From positions 1 through 52,571 of the IMG/VR virus record IMGVR_UViG_3300050133_000102: a stretch of DNA of 52,571 bases. The stretch is one strand, 5' to 3'. Below the pieces are notes generated by a model. That model was given only the letters and a program-made list of their open reading frames with translations, did not search any database and was not told the DNA's origin. A program made the translations under genes and the position numbers. The DNA is from a virus. Lineage: Duplodnaviria; Caudoviricetes. The stretch's first letter is position 1; each line of letters starts with the position of its first letter. Of this stretch, positions 10,401 through 18,774 are shown piece after piece.

Positions 10401-11655
10401 CATACTGTCCATTGTTATGAATATAAGCACGGAAACCGTCCTCACCGCTACTCTTTAAGAATTCAAAAATACTTCTGTTGGACGCGGCAAGTCCAGCGAC
10501 CATAGAAACAAGATTAACCGTCATCGGGTGGATGGGGAATATTTTCTTAAGCGTGTTAGCATCCATGTCAGAGTCAGGGTCACCCATGTATGAATGCACA
10601 CTACCGCTAATAGATGAATAGAGGTCTTCGCAAATATCCTCCCAGTTGCCCTTCATCCCGTCTTTGGTGATGATGCTCTCACCGATAAGTTTGAAAGTCG
10701 TTTTTTTGCTTAAGGACACATCAATCTTATGGAAGCGGGCATCGGCTTTTCCGAGAGAGCCATTCACACTCTCGGAAAACAGGCCGGGATACTCGTGCAT
10801 AACATAAATAATAAAGAACGGCAGCTCTTTGGAGAAGATAGATAATTGCTGTATTATGTCGAGGTCATTATTCCGAATATACTCGGTAAACTCATCCCAG
10901 ATAATAAATATCCCTGATTTCGATAATTCCTCATTACCTGAGTAGACATCTTTTAGCCACGCTTTGAATGTTTCGAGGTCGGTTGCCAGACCGATGTTCA
11001 TCGACTGCAGGATTTCCTGGGCGCTGGAACAAGCCGTAATATCACCATCTTGGACAGCGTCATAGAAACTGTCAAACGTATCATATGTGCTCCAATGTTC
11101 AGGATACTCGCCGTTTTCAAAATCCTGTACCAGCTTCGGTCGAAAGTCCTTAACAGTGCTACGAACCGAGTCGACCAGAGAATTTCGACCTGTATAAGAG
11201 AAACCATTCTCTTTCAGAATATCCCGAACTGACTGTTCGATCTGAAAAAGGAATTTGTTGGAGGTATTAAGCTGCTTGCTTTCACCGCTGCGGAACTTCA
11301 CATAATAGCGAGCTTTTTTCCGGGCGGCGAGAAACTTGTCCTTCACATCGAGGAACAGCTTATTCTTATTCAAAAAGTTTTCCACGATGCCGTAGTCATC
11401 CTGCAGAAAGTGCTTAATGACAATAGCAGAGTAGGTCTTACCTGTACCATAAGAGCCCTTAATCCAGTAATGCCACACATCTTCGTTGGGGTCATCGGGG
11501 CGCAGGGAGCTGGCAAGCAGTTTTACTGCGGTCACCATGTCGTCATTAACAATATAGCGACTCCAGAAATCCGCATTTCTGCTATCGGAGCTGATATCTA
11601 CCACAGACTCATATCCGGGCGTCAATTCTATGAAGGAATCATATTTGTTTGCCAT
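7429..11655 (-). CDS. brxC: Large P-loop ATPase, BrxC/PglY/SspC family (1408 aa)
   Basis: GSYGTGKT Walker A, IIWDEF Walker B, FPIHP, SNRSIFEF; lies between brxP and pglZ; start placed at ATG 11655. Confidence 0.82.
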   Translation of the reverse strand: MANKYDSFIELTPGYESVVDISSDSRNADFWSRYIVNDDMVTAVKLLASSLRPDDPNEDVWHYWIKGSYGTGKTYSAIVIKHFLQDDYGIVENFLNKNKLFLDVKDKFLAARKKARYYVKFRSGESKQLNTSNKFLFQIEQSVRDILKENGFSYTGRNSLVDSVRSTVKDFRPKLVQDFENGEYPEHWSTYDTFDSFYDAVQDGDITACSSAQEILQSMNIGLATDLETFKAWLKDVYSGNEELSKSGIFIIWDEFTEYIRNNDLDIIQQLSIFSKELPFFIIYVMHEYPGLFSESVNGSLGKADARFHKIDVSLSKKTTFKLIGESIITKDGMKGNWEDICEDLYSSISGSVHSYMGDPDSDMDANTLKKIFPIHPMTVNLVSMVAGLAASNRSIFEFLKSSGEDGFRAYIHNNGQYDWKWVTPDYLWDYFFVNNLGGKKDLTKTAEDALKHYSKVKNLISDDRALRVFKAAMLLLATIGTGHSLKKTRGSKGIQVTEKTLCDCFSGIMDKDSVKSYLHSLSSDPLNVLVLAPDLHEGSRIELPYSSTGGELDAEIEKVKKDNSPAKLLGTDSCFGSILKKQFVPDEKAVVKRLIIDTCWGTTQQLNFKFGELKKAVEKTHHKFGLLIVAVPSVEESDKIKTTISGLIADDETHRVLVTVMRYPLPEEIFQSWYELVANGSLAQRAGNTVNANSYQTQAVDLVGNWVSTAIGKDMDLLYGDTPAHVYTNKNVISNYEKIVFRFFPAAPENIIRKITLYKSPAMAPAYYGVSKTTLETKSAANDKQKNFNQQWQDCVDVLRDNDENVWDCGTIEDIMAMTETKVGRSMASLCTYLNKALTSGTLLLTDLWDDMQQKLGYYDTSVCCYLLGFAFHFYVGKFTWYDGNNAHKLDEDTIPTMVVSMLSGKSAGMKLSSESDIEKRFKDITRRIFALTPEEIGDVYDCRKNVKIHITKNGYPFWALKYLEDMDYAGIKTEICEIVDKYVEYILEIGSQTAVMEDIVSLVKVSAKAYVPLFTGLFKGRSKLANGMKNFVFKTAPDAENACKKYNFSIDTLFNMLSKALEEEKWQWRESEVAEATAKLTIDLTLVGVVNSALNGTAESVEKIKETLSNYLDYIRVPGCVYAGLPDNWAKTVATLHNIASGKWIGYSSEEKAAIISELELYTKDAIENISHPMNVLKAYIAKNGMGTFSDAECSDILKALQKEPYSQTEHSFKTAILNKINDLAYTKQANSLLAIWLAKTDTAGVAEWAQTYMMPVAWVMPNCTFIFSVVSALSRNERIDSIRLENALSSITETDFAVLKDKNEIDRCFIVNVASEKYYNLLLPHIDELKIKIQDSGYRDYSSWNNSVVAIRKITEQFITIGLRDEVSGNAKKKAAKMTEEQLRAKLIKLLDSSAEACLFLLDED

Positions 11656-11656
11656 T

Positions 11657-14011
11657 TCAATTACCCCCCAGTACGATATTAACGACATCCAGTGAGTTCT
11701 TCTCGCTATTCAGTGTTATATTATCGAGGTCAGCAACAAATGCGATTTTGATGAAATCGGGATAGTCATTTGCAAGCTGACGTACCATCTCCTTGAACGC
11801 GTCCTCGTCCAAAGCAAAAATCGTGACAGGGTCCATACCGACGAAATTCTCCGGGCGGTTGTCGCGGATGTTCTTTAGCTCCTTCAGCGTAATGTTAAAG
11901 TGTCCGCCAAGCTTCTCCGCGTATCGATACATCGCATAGAGGATGGCAGTGCCATCAGGCGTAGACCAGCCTTTTTTTGTGAAGCGATATGAGTTGCCAC
12001 TCGGAATCGGTACGCCCATTTCTAATGTCGAACCTATAGGGCTATTAACAAAGGTTTCGGCCAATGAAGTAATGGCATTATTCCGTGTAGAAGCGGAATA
12101 AATATCATCAATCATTTCCACAAGCTCCGCCTTTGTGTAGGTTTCATCATTTGGCACATTAAGCAGATACCATTTTACCAGCGTGGAATTATAAGCTAAA
12201 TTAGTCCATATCACAGCCCATGTAAATGGGTGAAATGGGCCTATTTCTATCAATTTTTCACCAAGAGCGGTAATTTGACCATTCTTTCCATTTGATGTGC
12301 CAACTTCGATTACTTCGCTCTCTTTTAGATAGACCTTAAGCGCATCATATTGGCGATTGCCGTATTCCTTCGAACTCCAGCAATCGTTACCTTGCTCGAA
12401 GAAATGTTCAAGCCAAGCTCCCCTTAATCCAAAGTGTTGATACCTATTCATACCCTTAAGGTCCATGTTGCTACCTCCTTGTGTTGTGGACAATGAACGT
12501 GCTACTTTGCATCCTTTTGCAACTTCCGTGATACATTTTCCACAATGAACACATTTTTCGCTTATTATTGAGATTTTTCGATTTTCATCTATGGTAAACG
12601 CCCCTGTCGGACATTCCACAGAACAACTATTGCAGCCAATACAATAGGCGGCCTTATTTGCTAAACCACGTAACCAACTTATGGTGAATCTGTCCATACT
12701 GCTGAAGCCGGAATATGTTACCGTTGAATTATCTTCACCTACTTCAAAATTGTAGGTTTTATCCTTAATAATCTGTTTCCCGGAGTTTTGATTACGTTCG
12801 ACAATTGGACCTATTATTCTTCCGACCTCTATCCAAGGCTGTCTAATTTCACTAAAGACAAATTGCAAGGTATCATCTTGAATTATCTCGTGTACGCGGT
12901 TACCTCCATTTTTTAATCCGCGTCCTCCGAACCGACCTTTCCAACCACCTTGGGCAACGTACTTTTTTACTTCTTTTTCAGGCTTGTTATCGGCAGCATA
13001 TTCTTCAACTCGTGCCAAGAATGGTGCCAAATCATCTTTATATGCGATATTTGCAATTCCATCCCACCAAGCTGATGACATTGGACACACAGCACAACCG
13101 ACTCGGAATAGGCCTAATCTGTATGCATTATTGAACAGAATATCACGCTCCAAGATATACAAATATATCTCAGATGTACTCCATTTCAAAATGGGGCTGC
13201 AATTAATCTGATTAATATGTTTCTTTCCTTCGGACAATTCTGTATAGGTTGAACGCTGCTCACTTTCTTCGGCACGAACGCCATCAAAAACCACGGCTTT
13301 GATATTTTCGCCTTCGGATATTTTTTGCAAAAGTACAAGTGTCGGCACTGATTTGTGTACACCGCAGCACCAGCGAAGTCTTCTCCCCGGAGGACCGAAT
13401 TCGCTCCACGATTCCTTCGCGTCAAACTCCGATTTTGCGGTTTGAAAATTTAGATTCGGATAATGTTTTTTTGCTTTTTCGACCGCTTGGTATGTATCGC
13501 GAAGTTCCATCCCCGTATCTCCAAAGACCACAAGGAATTGGTCTGGTACCAAGGCTCTTTGAACGATATCAAGAATAACAATGGAATCTTTGCCACCGCT
13601 ATATGCAGCAACAAACTTATAGCCCTTTGTAGCATATTCATCGTATGTTGCTCGAATAAATTGAACAGTTCTTTGTACAAGCCCCTCCATGATGGAAGCA
13701 TTTGTTTTTATAAGCTTATCAACATCAATCGGCTCCAACTTTTTAATTTCGGTGTTCTTAATTACGATTTTCGGCTTTTCATAAAAGCTGCCGCCCTTGG
13801 CTTCCGCAATCACCTCGCCGTTTAACACATATTTCCGAATACCCTCTGCCCACAGTAGCGGCGCTTTGGTATCGGGATATTCCCAGACCTTATACATTTC
13901 GAAGAAGTCCAGTTCTTCCTTGAAAACAGGTCTTATTTCTTTTTGAACGGTTACGGAAACATCGAGCTTGAAAATGCCGTTTTCTCCGTCCACCCATCTA
14001 TATCCATACAT
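11657..14011 (-). CDS. brxP: BrxP: PAPS-reductase (DndC/SspD-like) domain + ferredoxin-type Fe-S domain + C-terminal DUF4007-like domain
   Basis: SGGKDS PP-loop, RWCC, GVRAEESEQR, RVGCAVCP; CIGCNSCSVECP and CVHCGKC; C-terminal ~270 aa winged-helix-like region. Confidence 0.85.
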   Translation of the reverse strand: MYGYRWVDGENGIFKLDVSVTVQKEIRPVFKEELDFFEMYKVWEYPDTKAPLLWAEGIRKYVLNGEVIAEAKGGSFYEKPKIVIKNTEIKKLEPIDVDKLIKTNASIMEGLVQRTVQFIRATYDEYATKGYKFVAAYSGGKDSIVILDIVQRALVPDQFLVVFGDTGMELRDTYQAVEKAKKHYPNLNFQTAKSEFDAKESWSEFGPPGRRLRWCCGVHKSVPTLVLLQKISEGENIKAVVFDGVRAEESEQRSTYTELSEGKKHINQINCSPILKWSTSEIYLYILERDILFNNAYRLGLFRVGCAVCPMSSAWWDGIANIAYKDDLAPFLARVEEYAADNKPEKEVKKYVAQGGWKGRFGGRGLKNGGNRVHEIIQDDTLQFVFSEIRQPWIEVGRIIGPIVERNQNSGKQIIKDKTYNFEVGEDNSTVTYSGFSSMDRFTISWLRGLANKAAYCIGCNSCSVECPTGAFTIDENRKISIISEKCVHCGKCITEVAKGCKVARSLSTTQGGSNMDLKGMNRYQHFGLRGAWLEHFFEQGNDCWSSKEYGNRQYDALKVYLKESEVIEVGTSNGKNGQITALGEKLIEIGPFHPFTWAVIWTNLAYNSTLVKWYLLNVPNDETYTKAELVEMIDDIYSASTRNNAITSLAETFVNSPIGSTLEMGVPIPSGNSYRFTKKGWSTPDGTAILYAMYRYAEKLGGHFNITLKELKNIRDNRPENFVGMDPVTIFALDEDAFKEMVRQLANDYPDFIKIAFVADLDNITLNSEKNSLDVVNIVLGGN

Positions 14012-14028
14012 AAATCTGCCATCCTTTG

Positions 14029-16590
14029 TTAGTTTATAGTCACCTTACTGTTTTTCTCCGTCCAGTAAAAGCGCAAATCGCCGGCAACAGTCTTATGTAC
14101 ATTCCACATCTTTTCTGAGCCGTGAATTAATCCTTTGTCGAGCAAAAACTCTCTGAATTCTGAAGCGGTTAGTTCTTTTGGAAGCGAAAATGACTTTGAT
14201 ACTTCATTCCAGACCAAATCCGAAAATGTTCTGAATGGAGAATTCTTCTTCAGAATAGCTGCCGGAATGGTCTTTTTGTCGTTGTCATTACCTGCTTCGA
14301 CGGTAATGTATCCAATATCAAAAAGCCGTAACATGTCTTCCAGAAAAAGAGGCGACCATTGAATATTGGTCGGTACAGCCGGAAGCGTCGTGTAGAAATA
14401 GTCTGCAATTTCGCCGAAAGCGATATAGGCTTCGCCTTCAAGCAGGTTCTCTATTTGAACCCTGAGAGCGCTCAGGAAATTATCGTTCACATAAAGTGCT
14501 TCCTTCAGGGCAAAGCAGTTTTCCGCATACTGAAGGAAGGATTTACTGCCTGAGGTGAACAGAATATTTGAGAATGACTGGTCTGGTGTTGCAGAGCCGA
14601 TTGACTCAAAAAAGGTAAGTGCCTGTTCGCGGGTAAAAATATTCTGATGCTCTCGACCATACTTGATTAACAGGCCGTGAAAGTCTTTCGGATAGTTTGG
14701 CTCGTTCCTCCAGATATGCATACCATTCAGGAACAAGAAAGAATTACCTTTATAATTCTCCTGAGTAAAAAGATGCACCGCGAGGTCAAATACCTCCGGG
14801 CGCGACTCAAACGCATTGTTGTAGAAGAAGAAATCATCCAGCCGAAAATGCGCATCATTATATAGCTGCTGTGCGGATGTGTAATCGCCATTAGCGGCAA
14901 ATTGCTTTGTCAGGACATCAAGAAGAATTCCCGCCATTTCGTCATAATTGCTTATATTATCCTTGTGATAATATTTTTTAAGCGCCTTTACTGCATGACA
15001 TGCCGTCAATGCATGATTGACCTGCGGTGTACTGTAATTTGAAAAGTGCGCAAAAACATCTTTCTCTGATATTCCGTCACTACTGGCTTTCAGGAAAGCA
15101 GACAGTTCATTGGTAAGCCCTGTGGATGCAGTCTCAGTTCTTGGCTCTGCCTTTGCTTTCTCAGGGGTACTAATTGCAGGAAAATCCACTGCGTCAATTC
15201 CATCTGGATAAAGATAGCTAAAGTATTTTACCAGTTTCTGAAACGCAGCGGAAAAGCGATTATGCTGGTCTTGATTAATCTGCCTGAACCCTTCATCTGC
15301 CATTAAACAAGAGACGGTCGACAGCGCTTCTTTGCTGTCAACGCCAGAAATATTTCTGCTGGGAAGATTGTGTTCTCTTGCATGTGATTCTGCCTTGTTT
15401 AGCGCGGAAACATAGCTGCGGCACGTACCATCTGCCATTTTTTCAATGTTTTTCAGCCACTCCGAAAATGTAATATCAGAATTGTTGCCAGACGCAATAT
15501 GCGTTTCTTCCTTTGGCTGCATCTTATCATGAACCCTATCGGAAGGCTTCTTTTCTTGATATTCAATTACAACATTTTCTGAAGAAATGCCACAAATATC
15601 AAGTAATGCTGTAATCTTCTTCACTATGTCGGTGGCGCTGATATTGGTTTCGATATAATAATCATCAATGATTTGTTTCGGCGCAGTCATCCCATCGGCA
15701 GCACCAAAATCCAGCCTGCCGCTTTTGTAAAATGACTGTCCAATCGGAATGATGGCTGTATAATCCGTATAAATGCTTTTGAACAGCTTAACATACAACT
15801 CAGTCCAATTTGAAACTGATTCCTCACGAACCCCGCGATATGTGAACACTACGGGTCTTGTGTATGCGAGAGATGGCATATTCCTGAAATCGATTATCAT
15901 GTTATTGTTTGTTTCTGTGGGAGTTGCGGATGCTACTGGGATTACTTCAGTGGTTTCTTCTGCAGGGGTAATATTGGGCAAATCCATCACAAATGCGTAA
16001 TACCAGTTAGCCGCAGAGATGATATTGTTAATCTGCTTCTTGTTTTTTATCCTGAATATTTTGTTTTGGCTCACCGTTTTGGCAAAGCGCTTGATGGTGC
16101 TTTCATCTGTTGTTTCAAACAACGGGGCAGAAAGGACTTTGATTTTCAGACAAAACTCTTCTGCAACAGGCAAAAATCGGCATAGGAAATCAGGCTGGAC
16201 TTTTGGCGCTTTGACTGCCAGCCACGCACAAAACTGCTGACGAGTTTTTTCTTGAATATCACTCACGCCTTTTGCCTCCATCAATATTTTTTCGTAACCT
16301 TTGTAATCATTTTTGTACAGTTGCACCATCTGCCTGAAAAGGTCAGATGTGTTTTTCAGACCGATACCATCGTCAGAAAATAGATAATCAAGTTCACCCA
16401 GCCGCATGTTGATCCCATTTTCGTTGCGATATGTTTCGTCAATAACTACGCCTCGACTGGACGCCCGTAAGCGCAGCGCTTCAGACAGTGTGGTGAAGAC
16501 AGCCCTTCTCGACAATTTGTTTTCTTTTGTCTTCCAGTACGCTTCAATAAGAAGGGCTGCTTCGTACTGATCCCATTTTGGCTGTCGCAC
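14029..16590 (-). CDS. Large multi-domain hypothetical protein (853 aa), probably DNA-binding, defence-associated
   Basis: Long ORF with GTG start and AAGGTG RBS; two internal helical repeats (FxxWL...SAA..Y/L..F); no catalytic motif recognised. Confidence 0.7.
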   Translation of the reverse strand: MRQPKWDQYEAALLIEAYWKTKENKLSRRAVFTTLSEALRLRASSRGVVIDETYRNENGINMRLGELDYLFSDDGIGLKNTSDLFRQMVQLYKNDYKGYEKILMEAKGVSDIQEKTRQQFCAWLAVKAPKVQPDFLCRFLPVAEEFCLKIKVLSAPLFETTDESTIKRFAKTVSQNKIFRIKNKKQINNIISAANWYYAFVMDLPNITPAEETTEVIPVASATPTETNNNMIIDFRNMPSLAYTRPVVFTYRGVREESVSNWTELYVKLFKSIYTDYTAIIPIGQSFYKSGRLDFGAADGMTAPKQIIDDYYIETNISATDIVKKITALLDICGISSENVVIEYQEKKPSDRVHDKMQPKEETHIASGNNSDITFSEWLKNIEKMADGTCRSYVSALNKAESHAREHNLPSRNISGVDSKEALSTVSCLMADEGFRQINQDQHNRFSAAFQKLVKYFSYLYPDGIDAVDFPAISTPEKAKAEPRTETASTGLTNELSAFLKASSDGISEKDVFAHFSNYSTPQVNHALTACHAVKALKKYYHKDNISNYDEMAGILLDVLTKQFAANGDYTSAQQLYNDAHFRLDDFFFYNNAFESRPEVFDLAVHLFTQENYKGNSFLFLNGMHIWRNEPNYPKDFHGLLIKYGREHQNIFTREQALTFFESIGSATPDQSFSNILFTSGSKSFLQYAENCFALKEALYVNDNFLSALRVQIENLLEGEAYIAFGEIADYFYTTLPAVPTNIQWSPLFLEDMLRLFDIGYITVEAGNDNDKKTIPAAILKKNSPFRTFSDLVWNEVSKSFSLPKELTASEFREFLLDKGLIHGSEKMWNVHKTVAGDLRFYWTEKNSKVTIN

Positions 16591-16636
16591 ATTATCACCT
16601 TCGATTTTACGCTCTCATGTGTACTAAAAAACGGAC

Positions 16637-16870
16637 TTATGTTTCAGCCGGATTATGCTCTGCGTTTCCGTCAGACACAATTTCCATGATATCGCCTATC
16701 TTGCAGTTTAATGCGGTACAAATTTTGAGCAGTATTTCCGTATTTACATTTCCGCCGTTACCGAGCTTGGCAACGGATGTGGCGCTAATGCCACTCATCT
16801 CACGCAGGGTTTTCTTGTTTATTCCTTTGTCAATTAATAATTTCCACAGTTTGTTGTAGCTGAATCGCAT
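16637..16870 (-). CDS. XRE/Cro-C1-type HTH transcriptional regulator
   Basis: SYNKLWKLLIDKG...SGISATSVAKLG...LLKICTALNCKIGDIMEI, a pattern common beside Firmicutes restriction loci; GGAGG RBS. Confidence 0.9.
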   Translation of the reverse strand: MRFSYNKLWKLLIDKGINKKTLREMSGISATSVAKLGNGGNVNTEILLKICTALNCKIGDIMEIVSDGNAEHNPAET

Positions 16871-16889
16871 ACTATACCTCCATTGCTTT

Positions 16890-18554
16890 TTACTGCTCAG
16901 TTACATTGACCTTATTGGTTTTCTTAGCCCACGAATAACCGTAAAGCTCATTACCACCCTCGCTAAGGCGGATTATCGTAGTGCTATCCAATATTTCCTG
17001 AATGCGTTTTGTCGGTGCATCCTGCTTATCATACGCAATGAATATTTGCTTTCCACTCTGAAGATATAACTCCATGATTCTTTCCAACGGCTCATAGCCT
17101 ATGTGATTGAACATTAGCGAATCATGAATGATTGCTGGTAACGGTGTTATCTTCAAAACGCTCAAGTCAAAAACTATCATACTCTTAAACCCTGTTCCCA
17201 TACCGCCATCGTCCGGAGTATAAAAGCTATACTTTGCGCTGCTTTCAAACTGAATGACCGGAGCCATTCTGGTGCCGTTGTAGATATAATCATTAAATCT
17301 AACCATTTGCTCGTTGATTGTCGAGGCAATAAGGTTCAGTACCTCCATTTCAACACCTGACAGAGCTTTTTTCGCTGCCTTGACATCGGCCACCAATGTT
17401 TGTGAGGTTTCGCAAGCCTTATTCTGCGATTTCAGTACGGCTATCCTACGTGTCAAATCGGTGAACTTCTGCAAAAATTTCTGCGGGATAGTAACCGGAA
17501 TCCCAAATTCACGCTGTTGCGCTTGCAAATCCTCGATTTCAGCATTTAATACATCTAACAAAGATTGGAGTCTACCAATTTCCTCCTCCATTTCGTTTTC
17601 CAAAATGCTGTGTATTTGTTGGTGAAACCTTTCAACAGAATCAAGTCTCTGAATGTCGATTTCAGGGAAGAGCTCAGAAAGCTCGCGGTAATCACTGTCA
17701 GTAATTGTAAAACCACTGTTGTTGATTTTTATGGTGTTTTGCTGAGAAATCAACTTACTCCTATTTCGTTTAAATAGTGTAATCCGGCTCTTTATAGCCA
17801 GTACAGTATCTGCGTTATCCATATCTTCCTCGGTCATATTGACATCAAGGGTGTCTGTTAACGCCTGAAGCTCTTCCTCTAATCTTTCAATCTCTCTTTC
17901 GTTATCCATGGCTTGCCGGGCAGTAGGGACATATACCTGAAGGACATCTTCTTTTTTGGCGTCGTTAAAGGCGTCCTTTTTGTCCTCCTTTTTCTTGCTC
18001 TCGCTTTTATACTGCTCAATCTGAGTGTAATAATTAAAAAGTTTTTCTAAAGCTGTAATTGCAGCGGAGGCGCTTTCTTTTGAATCTGCATGCAGCGGAA
18101 GTTTCTCTGAATAATTGTCCTTGCCGTAGATTCGCATGTATCGTCCTACAATATCTCTAAATGTGATCGATGGGAGATCAATCTTATACATTTCAAATAA
18201 ATGCTGACGAAAATCTGCTAATTTGATTGTCTCTATTACACTGTAGTTTTCATTGCATTTATTCACTTCAGTTGGCGTAACAATGCTACGGGAATAGTAT
18301 TCTTTCTTCCCGCCAAAAACAAAAGCAAAACTTACGGTATGCCGTACATCGGCGAATCGAGCTTTTACGTCGGTTCCTGTGTAGTAGGTATCGCCGCCGA
18401 AACAAAAGTCGACAGCAAGTAAAAATGTCGACTTTCCAATAGAATTGTCGGATTGCTTTCCGCCACGTACTGTATTCAGACCGCTGTGAAATATGATACG
18501 GCCGCGTTTGCTACCATTCGATACAAACTCATCACTCATGATTTCGCTCAACAT
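16890..18554 (-). CDS. lmuB: ABC-3C/Lamassu SMC-like ATPase (DUF2326 type)
   Basis: FHSGLN...NSIGKST Walker A, central coiled coil, GGMGTG signature, IIHDS Walker B, KQIFIAYD. Confidence 0.85.
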   Translation of the reverse strand: MLSEIMSDEFVSNGSKRGRIIFHSGLNTVRGGKQSDNSIGKSTFLLAVDFCFGGDTYYTGTDVKARFADVRHTVSFAFVFGGKKEYYSRSIVTPTEVNKCNENYSVIETIKLADFRQHLFEMYKIDLPSITFRDIVGRYMRIYGKDNYSEKLPLHADSKESASAAITALEKLFNYYTQIEQYKSESKKKEDKKDAFNDAKKEDVLQVYVPTARQAMDNEREIERLEEELQALTDTLDVNMTEEDMDNADTVLAIKSRITLFKRNRSKLISQQNTIKINNSGFTITDSDYRELSELFPEIDIQRLDSVERFHQQIHSILENEMEEEIGRLQSLLDVLNAEIEDLQAQQREFGIPVTIPQKFLQKFTDLTRRIAVLKSQNKACETSQTLVADVKAAKKALSGVEMEVLNLIASTINEQMVRFNDYIYNGTRMAPVIQFESSAKYSFYTPDDGGMGTGFKSMIVFDLSVLKITPLPAIIHDSLMFNHIGYEPLERIMELYLQSGKQIFIAYDKQDAPTKRIQEILDSTTIIRLSEGGNELYGYSWAKKTNKVNVTEQ

Positions 18555-18774
18555 ATCTCAACACCTCCGTTTCTTCGTCATAATCTATTTTATTAAGGGC
18601 GTATAGGCAATCTAAAATTTCCATATATTCATTTACTCCGGTAACGTTCCCTTGAACTCTTTTATATAGTTCCGAAACACTGCATGGAGCTTTTTTTAAT
18701 ATCTGTAGAATGCTTGGAAATTTTGATATGATGCTTTCGTTGTATGAAAACAACTTATTCGGCAATAACATCAT
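18532..18774 (-). CDS. lmuC: ABC-3C middle component (LmuC-like)
   Basis: LLPNKLFSYNESIISK...ELY...LDCLYALNKI; overlaps both neighbours. Confidence 0.78.
   Translation of the reverse strand: MMLLPNKLFSYNESIISKFPSILQILKKAPCSVSELYKRVQGNVTGVNEYMEILDCLYALNKIDYDEETEVLRYVERNHE

Noticed and set aside
2136-14011. Classical Dnd (dndABCDE) or Ssp-SspE system, or housekeeping sulfate assimilation/Fe-S genes
   Set aside because: No DndB/D/E or SspE recognised; PglZ and BrxL point to BREX type 4; no cys or isc/suf partner genes nearby.
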